Notes: generated by a model from the sequence alone, not told the origin. DNA of 64,000 bases from Marsupella aquatica (GCA_973895155.1 OZ316894.1:12130828-12194827); one strand, 5' to 3'. Counted from the first letter of the stretch, positions 39,269 through 51,450 are shown. Translations and numbers: made by a program.

Positions 39269-41134
39269 CTACAACTGCAAAACCTGCAAAGTAGCACGGT
39301 GTCTTGAGAAACTCTCCAAAGGAATCACTTTGGTAAAGGCATCAGCGGGATTGAGCTTTCCATCAATCTTGACTAGCTCAAAAGTTTTATCAGACACTGC
39401 TTGCCTGATAAAATGGTACCTGATATCAATGTGCTTCACCCTGCTATCCATCACCTGGTTAGCAGCCAAGTGAAGAGCACTCTGACTATCACAGTTTAGA
39501 GTCATTTTTCCATGCTCTAAACCCATCTCCGCGATCAACTTATCCAACCAAATTGCTTCCTTTGCAGCTTCTGCTGCTGCAACATACTCTGCTTCTGTAG
39601 TAGACTGAGATATGCACTTCTGCAAGGTAGATTTCCAACTTATACATCCTCCTCCAAGAGTGTATACAAACCCAGTTGTAGATCTCCTTGTATCCAGACA
39701 GCCTCCATAGTCAGAATCTACATAGCCAACTAACGTTCTATTTGATCTGTTATCAAATAGTAATGCATAGTCCTGTGTTCCGTTCACATACCTGAGGATC
39801 CATTTCACAGCTTCCCAATGTACCTTCCCTGGATTTGACATGAATCTGCTAACCTTGCCCATTGCTAGGGCCAAGTCAGGCCTAGTACAAGTCATCAAAT
39901 ACATCAGACTGCCTACTGCCTTCTCATAAGGAATCTTAGCCATCAGACCTTTCTCCACAGCATCCGTAGGAGAGAAAGTCGATGATAACTTGAAATGTGA
40001 AGCTAAAGGAATATTCACTGGCTTACAGTTCTCCATGTTGAATCGTGCAAGTACTTTCCTCGCATACTGGCCTTGACTCAAGCACAACTGTCTAGTCTCA
40101 AAGTTCCTAAAAATCTCCATCCCTAAGATCCTCTTGGCCTTACCAAGATCTTTCATCCTAAATTTAGCGCTCAATTTCGCCTTGAGACTGTCAACCTCAG
40201 ATTGATCTTTAGCCACAATTAGCATGTCATCCACATAGACCACCAGAATGATAAAACTAAATACATCATTCTTGACTGATTTCGTATACACACAAGGATC
40301 ATACACCATCCTTGTAAAACCTTGAGTAAGCATGAAATCATCAAACCGCTTGTTCCACTGTCTGGGAGACTGCTTCAATCCATACAAGGATTTGAGCAAT
40401 CTGCAAACTAAGTTCTCTTGGCCCTTCTTCATAAAGTCTAGTGGCTGTCTCATGAAGATCATCTCTTCCAAGTTGCCATAGAGAAAAGCAGTAATAACAT
40501 CCATCTGATCCATCACCAAATTAAAAAACACAACAAGCTGACACAAGATCCGAATTGTGGAATACTTAGCCACCGGTGAAAAGACCTCATTGTAATCCAC
40601 TCCTTTCTCCTGAGTGAACCCCTTGGCAACAAGCCTTGCCTTGTAGATCTTATCTCCACCCTCTGAAGGACTGTCCTTCAACTTGTAAATCCACTTGTTG
40701 TCCACCACTTGTTGACCTCTTGGAAGCTCCACCAGCTCCCATGTCTTGTTGTCACTCAAAGATTGCAACTCCCTCTGCATTGTTGCATTCCACTCATGCT
40801 TCTGCTCTGAAGCACAAGCCTCACTATACGAAGAAGGCTCTCCTTCTTCCAAGATCAAAGCCATATCATCTTCATCAGGTGCAATGTCAATATCATCTAG
40901 CTTAGATGAGTCTGCCCATTGACCATACCTGGTAGGAGCTCTAGTAGAACGATTGGAAGTTCTTCTAGTAGATGACTCAGGCTGATCTGTTGCTGCTGCT
41001 GGTTGAATTTGAGGTACCCCAGTAACAATTTTCTCCTCTTGTTCCATCACAGGAACCAGCTCCAAGCCCGGAGCTTCTCCATCTCTCCTATCATGAACTG
41101 AATCATGACTAATCTCCCCCTCAACCCGATCCGA
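39269..41134 (-). CDS. pol: Copia reverse transcriptase + RNase H (intact frame, cut off from integrase by the nested insertion)
   Basis: YKARLVAKGF, QMDVITAFL, LYGLKQSPRQW, YVDDML, YVDSDYGG, STTEAEYV, KHIDIRYHFIR, NPADAFTK. Confidence 0.93.
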   Translation of the reverse strand, partial: SDRVEGEISHDSVHDRRDGEAPGLELVPVMEQEEKIVTGVPQIQPAAATDQPESSTRRTSNRSTRAPTRYGQWADSSKLDDIDIAPDEDDMALILEEGEPSSYSEACASEQKHEWNATMQRELQSLSDNKTWELVELPRGQQVVDNKWIYKLKDSPSEGGDKIYKARLVAKGFTQEKGVDYNEVFSPVAKYSTIRILCQLVVFFNLVMDQMDVITAFLYGNLEEMIFMRQPLDFMKKGQENLVCRLLKSLYGLKQSPRQWNKRFDDFMLTQGFTRMVYDPCVYTKSVKNDVFSFIILVVYVDDMLIVAKDQSEVDSLKAKLSAKFRMKDLGKAKRILGMEIFRNFETRQLCLSQGQYARKVLARFNMENCKPVNIPLASHFKLSSTFSPTDAVEKGLMAKIPYEKAVGSLMYLMTCTRPDLALAMGKVSRFMSNPGKVHWEAVKWILRYVNGTQDYALLFDNRSNRTLVGYVDSDYGGCLDTRRSTTGFVYTLGGGCISWKSTLQKCISQSTTEAEYVAAAEAAKEAIWLDKLIAEMGLEHGKMTLNCDSQSALHLAANQVMDSRVKHIDIRYHFIRQAVSDKTFELVKIDGKLNPADAFTKVIPLESFSRHRATLQVLQL

Positions 41135-42878
41135 TGTCGTGGTAACTTTGGTGCAAATAGTACACCTAAGTTACACTGGTATATTTTGGGTTTGCAACAT
41201 CTCGACTTAAGATGACAAATAAGACCATAAGTCGGGTACCTATGCTTGTAGCGGGTTGTCGATTCATAAAGAAACGAGGAACGAGAGGAGGAGGCAACAA
41301 CTCTAAGGCAAGAAAGCAACAATGGACGGAGTGCACGGGGCGCCAGTTGGATTTCCAAATCACGTTGAATTTCAGTTTTGGGTTATGGAGAAAGTTCATT
41401 TTCGGCAATTCATCGTGCATCACTTTGGTGTGCGATTCCTTCGGGAGGTTGAAGAATCCGCTCAACCTTTGTTCTTACCCACGCTTACATATACACATAA
41501 GTGGGTTATATGTTTTTATATTTTAACATAATAGCTAGTTTGGTGATTCATCATGCCTAGTTACAAAATTTAGGCATCCTATGATGGGTTAGAGTGACGA
41601 CAAAGCACTTCTAAATAAAGTATTGTGGGCTATATGAATAATTATCATAAACTAAAGTATAGGCCTACTAGGTGGCTTTACTTTTCCACTAGATTTGTGA
41701 CATAGCAAAATATATAGGGATATGTGGCATACATGTGTAAAAAGGCCTTGCATGGTTGCATGTCCATTTAGAATCAAACACATGGCCAATTAGGTGTCGA
41801 AAGGAGGATACGCATGGAAACATGCCCAATAGCATCCAAACACCTTGTTGTTTACATGTTCAAATATTATTGGACCATGTGTACCAAAGGGGTGAGTCAT
41901 TACCCCTCCAAAGCACTATAAATAAGAGGCTTGCCCCTTGGGGGTGGCATGGTGAGTTTTCTTTGTTATTCCAAACTTATGTGCAAGAATAGTGTGGGGA
42001 GTATAAGAATTCATAGAATGTGCTTGGAAGCTAGAGATGTGACATTGTTAGAAAGTTATTAAATAGTAAAGGTTGTACTATATAGGAAATCATTATGATA
42101 TATTTTTCTTAGGGAAATAGTATTCTAACTTTGATCACCTTGATGAGCACACCAAGTTTGCTTTTGGAATCACTTGATTTTGGTATAATACTAGAAAGTT
42201 ATGATGACTTGAAGGTTTAGATTATGCTCAAATAGAACCATATTTTTCTGAGTTTAAATATTGTTTATAATATTTTCCTAGAATAAGATGCATATTAAAA
42301 AAAATTTCTTGGAAATAGATAAGAAGCTATGTCATGCCTAGAAATTTTTTTTGAGGATATATCTATCTTTAAGTGAGATATATAGTATGGTGATGGTGAC
42401 AGGGTCTTCGTAGCCTGCAATCTAGATAGGTCCATCATTTTTCTTTGTACCTGTTGATGGAGATAGAGTTTTGACTCGAACCTTTGAGAGATGATAGGAT
42501 AGTAAATACTTGGCTTGTTTGATATGGTACAAAGGAAATTGACAACCGTAGGTGAATTTCCTATGTTCAAGAAGCTTGTACCGTGATTCTGAATTACAAG
42601 ATGGACCTCAATAGAGTTCCTAGACCTAATTTTAGTATAGATTGTAATGTTCGGGTGATGTGTCGCCAAAAAACTGAGTTTCGAGCCTTCATCATCAGAA
42701 ACTTTGGGGAGTCGGCATATACCATGATCATTTCATCCCCGATTCCATTCGTTGTTCCCATGACAATTGAACGATTTCGGGTAATGATCGTAGTATTTTA
42801 TTAGCACGTCGTAGCGCATTGTTCTTCCGACAGACAGAAGCCCGGGCTTTCCCGACATCGCCCACGAACTTCACGACA
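41135..42878. mobile_element. 1744-bp solo-LTR-like insertion nested in the copia pol
   Basis: Termini TGTCGTG...CACGACA (7-bp inverted, TG...CA); 4-bp TSD CCGA/CCGG. Removing the insert plus one TSD copy rejoins the integrase linker to RT in frame (KSLIP-DRVEGE). No coding domain inside. Confidence 0.82.
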
Positions 42879-44246
42879 CCGGGATGAGAGATTTCCCCTT
42901 GTCAGTATGGGAGTCCTGAGAACTCTCCCCCTCCTTTGATGATCTGGATTCATTAAAGGACACATCTCTACTGACAATTAGCTTACAGGTTACTGGATCC
43001 CATAACCTATAACCCTTCACACCTTTCTGATAACCAAGGAAAATGCACTTCTTCGACTTGGACTCCAGCTTGGATCAAAGCTGGGAAGGTGTAAGCACAT
43101 AAACATCACATCCAAAAATCCTGAGATGTGAGTAATCTGCTGGACGCCCGTACCTCATTTCAAATGGCGTTTTGAATCCAATAGAACTGGATGGAGAAAA
43201 ATTTACCAAATAAGCTGCAGTATTGACAGCTTCAGCCCAAAACTCATGTGGTAAGCATGATTGACTCAACATACTCCTCGAGCGGTCCAGTAGTGTTCGG
43301 TTGAGTCTATCAGAAACACCATTCTGCTGAGGAGTATAGCTTGTTGTGAGATGGCGGGTAATCCCCTGCTCCTTACAATACGTTCCAAATTCACCGGAAC
43401 TGTATTCACCGCCGTTATCCGATCGAAGATATCTCACCTTATTACCAGGCTAATTTTCAACTTGGGCTTTCCACTCCTTAAAAGTGGCAAAAATATCAGA
43501 CTTATTGTGTAGAAAGTATATCCACACATACCTTGAGTAATCGTCAATGAACGTGACATAGTATAACCGTCCAGAATGTGAGGGAGTAGGGGCGGGACCC
43601 CACACATCACTATGTACATACTCAAGTACCTCCTTGCTGGTGTGAGTTCCAACTCCGAAGGGTTTCCTGTGCTGCTTCCCTAGCACACAGTGCTCACAAA
43701 ATTCCAACTTACAAGATTGCAAATTAGAAAGTAATCCTTTCTTCTAAAGAATAACCAAACCTTTTTTACTCATGTGGCCCAAACGGAAGTGCCACAGCCG
43801 GGCCGTCCCCGGGGCCGTCTCCTCATGAGATAAGGTTACATTGGCTTCATCATAGACTACACTGCCCTCCATAACATATAGATTGCAATGTCTCTTTTCC
43901 TTCAATACAACTTTAGTACCAGTTGAAACCTGAAGGACACCATTAGCAGAACTCCACTGATGGTCATTTGCCTCTAAAACTTCAAGTGAAATGAGATTTT
44001 TCATCATGCTGGGAATATGTCTCACATTCCTCAATGTTCTCACAGCACCATCAAACATCTGAATCTTACAGATCCAAGTCCAACAACTTGACATGGGATT
44101 CCATTTCCCATCAACACTGACCCGTTGGAAACCGTGTAAGAACTGAAACAATCTCTTCTAGAGCAAAAGTGAAAAGTACATGCACTATCTAGAATCCAGT
44201 CATCACTACCTGGATTTGACACTACGTTGAGAGCATAACCTTGACA
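42879..44246 (-). pseudogene. pol: Copia protease + integrase, broken by frameshifts and stops
   Basis: WILDSACTFH; LWHFRLGH...CEHC; HSDVWGP; RSDNGGEY; NGVSDRLN (catalytic E replaced by D); premature TGA at 43077-43075; GYRLWDP. Confidence 0.9.
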
Positions 44247-45302
44247 TCACAATATGTCATCATCATCGAGTAAATCTACCTCATGCGAGCTCGATGCTGC
44301 GTTAGCAGAGGCAGTAGGGACCTTTACTCGACAATCCCTTTTCATGTGGCCTGGCTTGCCACAATTCCAACATGCAAGAGGCTTCCTCTCTTGCGATTTT
44401 CCTCTGGATTTAGATCTCCCCCGTGATGTAGATCTAAACCTATTCTGCCCATTCATGCGCTGCGTTGCTCTTCCCCTATTCACATTGAGCGCAGTGCCAG
44501 AAGAAGATGCTGTCTGTGATTGACCCAGCTTCTTCTGAGCATCATCAGACAGTAAAGAGCTTACCACCTTATTATACGAAATGGACTTCAGATCTCTGTA
44601 CAAGAGCACCTGTTTCAAGCCCTGATATGACGGCGGTAAGGAGCTTAGCAGAAGCAAGGCCTTATCCTCATCTTCAACTCCTTTTCCCAGGTTTGACAGA
44701 TCAACTGCTAGACTATCAAACTCATCCAGGTGATCCTGCATCTTGCTCCCTTCCTTGAGCCTGAGGCTCATCAAGAGAGACTTCTTGTACAGCCGGTCTG
44801 ACGCATCTTCCCGGTAGTACTTCTCTCTAAGAGCCTTGAACAGTGACGCGCAATCCGCATAATCATCCAGCTGTTTGATGATGTGCGGCTTGAGATATAG
44901 CATCACTGCATTGACAACAATCACCTGCTCCTGTCTCCATTGCCTCACTGAAATCTCCTCCTCTCCATCATACTGCTCTCGCGATGAAAGCAGATGAGCT
45001 AAGCCCATGGCCCGTAGAACACCCTTCACTTGCTTCTCCCAGAGCAAGTAATCAGTACGACCATCGTACTTCTCCACCTCAAACTTCACTCCTCCAAATC
45101 TAGCCATCTCCCTCTTCTTTCCTACTACCGACAGCTCTGGTAGTAACACAGCTTCCTCCACTGCACGCCGCACCGGTGATCGTACCGGTGTTATAAGTTC
45201 CTCCTCAAACGGTGGCAGCTCCTCCTCAGACTCTCCGTCTGACCATCGCGATCCTGAAGCTTCACCGACACCAATTCTTCCAGTATCCTCCGAGTCACTC
45301 AT
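44247..45302 (-). CDS. gag: Copia Gag with CCHC zinc knuckle
   Basis: KFEVEKYDG, LLLLSSLPPSY, CWNCGKPGHMKRDC; ends at TGA in frame with the protease. Confidence 0.9.
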   Translation of the reverse strand: MSDSEDTGRIGVGEASGSRWSDGESEEELPPFEEELITPVRSPVRRAVEEAVLLPELSVVGKKREMARFGGVKFEVEKYDGRTDYLLWEKQVKGVLRAMGLAHLLSSREQYDGEEEISVRQWRQEQVIVVNAVMLYLKPHIIKQLDDYADCASLFKALREKYYREDASDRLYKKSLLMSLRLKEGSKMQDHLDEFDSLAVDLSNLGKGVEDEDKALLLLSSLPPSYQGLKQVLLYRDLKSISYNKVVSSLLSDDAQKKLGQSQTASSSGTALNVNRGRATQRMNGQNRFRSTSRGRSKSRGKSQERKPLACWNCGKPGHMKRDCRVKVPTASANAASSSHEVDLLDDDDIL

Positions 45303-47299
45303 ATGAAACAATCATGAAAAAACGTCTTTTTTCGAAACTTCTCATAAAACTCAAAACTCAACACCGCCGCGTAGCCCACGAAGCTAGGAGTCCAATACTG
45401 AAATCCGAAATCAAAATCGAAATTTGACGGAAAAGTTATTCAAATTTTGGTCGCGGTGGATAAAACCTTGGGAAACTCCCCCGTTTTGACCACCTCGGAG
45501 AATAACCGAAATACCAAGTACAACCTGTCGTCGGAATCGCGATGTGATCGGTGCGCCGCGTTGCTAACTCCAGTGGCAACGTCCTCACCAAAAAAGAACC
45601 AAAAAAGTTACCGTGCGGCGGACGGAATCTTTGTGTGACGGCCAAAAAACAGCTCTCTGTTTTTCAGGAATATTCCCGCACAGTCCAACAGGGCTCACAG
45701 GGGGCCGTTCCCCCTGTCGGAGCAGTTAAAACGGAGGGTCACAGGGCCCGGGATGAGGCACAACCAATGAGGAGGAGAGAAACAAAATTCAGAAAAACAC
45801 ACTCTAAAGGGGTCTTAAAGCCCCTGGCAAAGGCGCGCGTATTCGCGCCCAGAATCGCGTATAAACAACAAAAAACGTGAAAAACGGGTTTAAAGGGGTC
45901 AAAACGCGCGTATTTTTGCATTTTTGGGCCGTATATGGGCGTTTTTGGCCATATTTGGGCCCAAAAAAGCACGTTTTCACACTTAAAGGGGTGTGGGAGG
46001 CTGGTGTGCGCGCCGGGGCGTATGGCGAGCCTGGTTTGTCGGTATTGGGGCCGTATTGGGGCAAAAAATGCCCTAAACTAACCTTAAAAATGTGCCCAAA
46101 ATGACACAAAGGCCATGTTACAAACCTCAACCGCCTCCGCTTTGGTTTCCAATGAGAAAAGTGATGACTGCCGACATGAAAATGTTTCCGAATTGCACCG
46201 GCACCTCTGAAGCTCCACCAGAGAAAGAACTTCAGTTGCGTCGCCTTCACTCCGCGTCAAGTGCCAATCCCAGACTCAAAACGACCGTCTCGCCACGATC
46301 TCTCCGTTGAGCCTCAGCACTTCGCGTTTCTTCCTCCGAGTCAAGCGTCACGACGAGTAATCCGGTTCAGGGAAAAACAAGCACCATAGCTTGTCAAAAA
46401 ACCAGAACGCCTCCTTCACTCGTCACGACGCACTCGTTCCGCAAACGTCAGCAAACTAGATACCAAAACGACCAGCACGCTCCAACCTTCAACTTGAACT
46501 ATCACATGCGACGCCCCGCACACCGCACACCATTGAAGAAACGATCTCTGGTTTCTCCCCTGAAAATACCATCGAACACGAATAAACCCTGAACGACGCA
46601 AACTTCAATTCCTTCGCACCACGGATACCGATCAACGAGCTCTAACCACCGTTAGAATGCCCTCTCACTAACCTATCCGCTCAGCCACACACAATCAAGT
46701 TTCATGCGACGAAACTCTGAATGTACCATCGACAATGAACGCTGGAAAAACCTGTCACGGAAAAACCTCGTCACCTCCCAGGCATGCTCTGATACCACTT
46801 GTTGAGCATAGACGACATTCGCAACGGCAAGCCCATGAACCATCCAACGCACAATAGTCGACACAGAGAGATACGTGGTTCACCTCCACATGAGGCTACG
46901 TCCACGGGAACACACAAGAGCTTTACTGCACTCTAGGCCGACCGGCCATACCAAGCATCCACAGCACAAGCTCTCCCTATCTCTCAACTAGCTCCGTAAC
47001 AATGAGCCTAAGTTCCACCAGGGTCTAGCATCAGCCCTGGCTATATGCACAACAGCACTACTGCTAACCTTAGCTAGGTCCTAACCCGAGTTAGCCTAAC
47101 TGTGGTTAGCACAAGAGTCACAAGACTAGAGCAATATCTAACAAAGGGGACTGTACCCATGGAATCGACAGGGTCCCAGACCAGGAGGGAAAGAGGGTTG
47201 AACCAGGCCCCCAAAGCGGACTAGCTAGGGGCTGAGGAGAAACCAGGACTCCCACCACTACACCCAACTCACACATACACACATATACCCTCCACTCCC

Positions 47300-47375
47300 T
47301 TGTTTGGGGAGGGAAGATTGAACCTGGGACCTATTGGTTCTAGGCTAATCCCCTGGCCAACTAACCACAGCCAGT
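47300..47375 (-). mobile_element. tRNA-derived (SINE-like) head with Pol III A and B boxes
   Basis: Minus strand reads CTGGCTGTGGTTAGTTGG (A-box-like)...CCCAGGTTCAATC (B-box-like) at tRNA-like spacing; no clean cloverleaf. Confidence 0.45.
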
Positions 47376-47797
47376 TGTTTTCTGTTTTTCATTAGCTTTT
47401 TTTTTTTCCGGGGGGAAGGGGAGGGGGGTCTCCAAGATGTGACCAGGGCCATCAATTGGGGAGAAAATGCTGTTGTTCACTTTACAACAAGTTGGGGGCA
47501 CTTCTAACCTAACCTTTTGCAAGTCCTACAGTACATGGAATGGAGTGTGGCCCAATTTTAGCTTATATTGAGCACATTTTTGTCCCAAATTTTAGACCAA
47601 TTCCATTCAAGGTCATTTTTTCTGGCCCTTTCCTCTTTTGAGTCAATTGCATTAAAAGTGGACCCACGATTCATCCATAAGATTTGTTGGTATCACACCT
47701 AGAAAGAGTCTAGCCAAAGAACACCCTGACATTCATGTGAAGTGAGTCCCCAAGCTGTCTTTTAGCAAATTACTCTACTATTACTTACTCCACTTAG

Positions 47798-47936
47798 CTT
47801 TAAAAGACCTTGGGGGCCATAAAAGTATTCCAAAAATGCTTTTAGCCACCCTACACTATGTGAACTGGCTTTACAAGACCTTGGCGGCCATAAAAGTATC
47901 CCAAAAAGGCTCGTAGCCCCCTACACAGTGAAGTGG
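47798..47936. repeat. 2 x ~71-bp tandem repeat
   Basis: AAGACCTTGG.GGCCATAAAAGTAT.CCAAAAA.GCT..TAGCC.CCCTACAC occurs twice. Confidence 0.8.
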
Positions 47937-48490
47937 ACCTCCAATTTGCTTTGGTGAAAAAAGCTCACAAGTGCCCCAACCCAACTGCCCCAACCCAACT
48001 GCCTCAACTTCTTATAAAGTCCCCCTTAGGTACATATAGTGAGGAAACCAAAAGTTGCAAGGAAGGAACAGTTTGCCAGAGTTCGCCTTTCCGACGAACC
48101 TTCGTCTCTCAAGAAAGGTTCCCTCTCCCTGATGCCTCTTGTCAACTCCAGAGAGTTTGACGTCACTCACATTCACTTTAGTCTACAGATTCGCCCCTTT
48201 GAATACCCCTCTATGTGCTCACATGCAATTCAGAAACGATGTCTTCCAATTCTATGTGCTGTGGTCGATCACTCTCTCATTACTGCTGAGTCGATTCGTT
48301 TCTTCGGATTGAAACTCACAGAGTCCTTTCAAGCTCACAGCAGGAAATTCTATTCTTGTCGATCGGATAGCAGTAGCAGGATCGATTCGTTCTTTGCAGG
48401 TCGCAACACTGATTGTAATATCCTCTGTCGGATAGCAGCAGGAGCAGCAAGGAGGAGAAAGGAGGAGCAAGGAGAAGAATAGAAGGAGGA

Positions 48491-49686
48491 ATGGCGTCCG
48501 AGGCGCAATTGAAGGGCAAGGTAGCGCTGGTGACGGGAGGGTCCAGAGGGATTGGGAAAGCAATCTGTCTGGCGCTGGCAGGGGGCGGGGCTGCCGTGGT
48601 GGTGAATTATGCGGGCAACGAGGCAGCCGCGAATGAAACGGTGAGCCAGATTACAGCCACTGGGGCCAAAGCGATCGCCGTGAAGGGAGACGTGAGTAAA
48701 TCTGCAGACGTGCTGGCAGCTTTCGACAAGACAGTGGAAGCGTTCGGCGCTGTGCATATCGTCGTGCATGTCGCCGGGATTTCGCTCGATTACCCCTTAA
48801 TCGTTGACACCTCGGAGGAGGACTGGGATCGCGTATTCACAACCAATGCAAAGGGAACCTTTCTAGTGGTCAAAGAAGCTGCCAAGCGGCTCGGCCCGGG
48901 TGGAAGGATCATCACTACGAGCTCCAGCCTTGTGGGCCTCTTACTCCCGCGTAAGGCTTCCTCTCCTCCTCCTCCGGACTCCCCTGCTTACGACTTGATT
49001 TCCTATTTTCATCAAAGTCTTCTGCATAATGTGTTACAATAGTATGTCCCACCCACCTCCTTCATCATCTTGCATTCAAGTGGTTTTGTAGCTAGACCAA
49101 GCGTTGATGAGTCATTTGATGGACAGTACCTGTAGCAAATTCCTGAAGCAGTATTGGAAGGGGGAGGAAGGTTTGGCTACGAGGACAAAGTGCCAACATC
49201 AGTTCCACATTCCGCCATGTCGCTTTCTATTCAGGGTCCTCCAGCAAATCAATTTTGAAGCTGAGCGCAGCCCTGTGTCTTTTTCTGAGCATTATTGGTA
49301 GCTGGAGTGTAATTTGACACTGAGTTGAACCATCCTAACTGACCACACTCAAGCCCCAAAATTGTGCTGACATTTTTTTATGGGTAATGCCAGGCTATGC
49401 CGCATATTCTGCTACCAAAGGTGCTGTGGAGGTTTTGACCAAGACTCTTGCCAAGGAGCTGAAGGGGAGAAGAATTACTGCAAACTGCATCGCTCCCGGT
49501 CCAGTTGCTACTGAACTGTTCTTCAGTGGAAAGACGCAGGAGCAGATAGATTCCATGGCGAAGCAGGCTCCTTTGGAACGCCTTGGAGAGCCTAAAGACA
49601 TTGCTGCTTTGACCCTGTTCCTGGCCAGTGATGCATCAGAGTGGGTTAATGGGCAGGTGATTAGAGCCAACGGCGGTATTATATGA
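48491..49686 (+). CDS. Classical SDR, copy 2; exons 48491-48950 and 49394-49686
   Basis: Close paralog of the 33587 gene: TGGSRGIG, YSATK, WVNGQVIRANGG; same intron position; homologous flanks (~48095-49910 vs ~33200-35290). Confidence 0.93.
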
Positions 49687-50249
49687 TTGATTGAGCTTTA
49701 CAGGTAACAGGGATGGAGGGCAGGGACGTTAAAGCACACAATTTAGTGCAGGAAACAACACAATTTAGTGCAGGAAACAGTGTAATTTGTCAGATTGTCA
49801 AACAGAGAAATTTTCTGTTGAGGCCATCCTCTGGCAATTTAATTTCTGAAAGATTTATTTGTGGGAAAGGATTTATGAATATTGATCAGAACCTCGCACA
49901 TTTCTTCATGCAATCAACAAGCATGTCAGCTAAGGTCACCTGGCCTCTGGAAGGCTTTTAGGTTGAACTGTATTTTTATGTACATTGCTTTAAATGGAAT
50001 GGAGTGAACCTGTCAACTTTTCATGCTGAGTCAGTGCTCTCTGCTCTATCTCGATCGTCTGATGTAACAACTGTCTTATGTGGAAAGTATACTGTAAGTG
50101 AGCATCCTATATCTTTCTTGAACTCCGCATCGAGGACGATTACTACTAACCATTTCTCAGTAGTATCCCGCTAGGTAAGGTCTTCCACTGCAGAGGGCTA
50201 CGCTGCATTGCCACTGCTGTTCACTTGATTCCCATGAGATTAAGGAATG

Positions 50250-51450
50250 CAAGGAAATCCAGATCCGTTACTTCCCGGAAACGAATCAAACCGTTTGACT
50301 TATCCTTTGGAGTATAACTTTCCCTCTTCTCTTCCTCACAGTCCAATCCATAGCACCTTTTGGAGACATAGCGTCAAAGCTCTTTCCATCCCCTTCGTCT
50401 TCCCCGGCCCAGGGCTGGCCAGCAGCTTTCTTGTCCACCCGGATACAAAAATTATGCGAGGTCATACCGTTCCATCGTTGCTTTCAATTGCCCTCTCTGT
50501 TCCTCCTCCTGTCGACCCGAACTCGTATTGCTCACACTAAGATTCCATTTTATTCAGAAGGATCGTTATAGGCCCGTCAGTTGCGGTGGCCACTTTCATC
50601 CTTCTCCCACGCATAATGATGCTTCAGTTCAGAACACTTAATGTCCCAGTGGACACCGCCGAACTTCCTGACACCAGGATCTGTGATTCGAAGTCTATCT
50701 TAATCTACAACGCGGATGTGGGCTTCGAATTGGAACCATCCCTTTGACATGTCACCGCTAATGTTCATTCGAGAACTTGCTTGCTGTGTTTCGTTTCCTT
50801 CCGTAAATTGAGCCGGGTATTGGGTCGACGCGAGGCTGGGGAACGATAGTTTGTTGGCACTGAAAAAATTGAACCGACAATGGGCAACATCGGGATCGGA
50901 TAGGACTCTGAGGCAGGAAGCCACCAACCTAATTTTGAAATAGAGACCACCAACTGTTGGGATTAGAAAGACAGCCAACTATTGAGAAAATGTTGGCTCG
51001 CACCGGACCAGAAAACACAGGGTTCATCAAAGAATTTCAGCGCAGGGAGTCAAGCACGTGCCACTTCGAGCTTACTCTCCGCTTTGTTGCCTTGTCAGAT
51101 CCAAATGCATGTCCTCGGTACTCACAGGAAATAAGTAACTTGAATGCCAGCCATTCCCATTTGTAGAGCAGGCTGTGATGGCAATCAGATTAATTTCTGG
51201 GGTGCTGAGTCTCAGAGAGCAGCAACTACTGAATTGGCTCACTTTTTTTTCCCTCAATTTGGCCCTCAGGTCGGGAGGTGGTTGCCCAAAGCAAAGTTTG
51301 GGTGGAAATGTCTTCCTTGACAAGGGAATTTGTACCCCGCTTGACTTCAAGTAGCGACAAGGCTTTCTAGTGAGCAAAAGTGGTAAGGCGTTCTGTTCTA
51401 GTCTGATTGCCATGTCTTGGAGTTCTGTTCTGTTTCAGCATCGACGAGAG
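50250..51450 (-). pseudogene. Possible heavily decayed F-box-type gene remnant
   Basis: The segment PPDLRAKLREKKVSQFSSCC...LSTPE loosely resembles an F-box motif; downstream frames look protein-like but contain stops. Boundaries approximate. Confidence 0.25.

Larger units (their letters stand above)
38718..47143 (-). mobile_element. Full-length Ty1/copia LTR retrotransposon (Tnt1/Tork-like), disabled
   Basis: 344-bp TG...CA LTRs at 38718-39061 and 46800-47143 (5 mismatches counted); 5-bp TSD AAGGG; PBS TGGTATCAGAGC (tRNA-iMet) at 46797-46786; PPT AGGGGGAGTT next to the 3' LTR; domain order gag-PR-IN-RT-RH. Confidence 0.97.

Noticed and set aside
45312-46785. Several short ORFs in the copia leader as an extra or env-like gene
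   Set aside because: Short, overlapping on both strands and with no transmembrane or domain signature; treated as a long 5'UTR.
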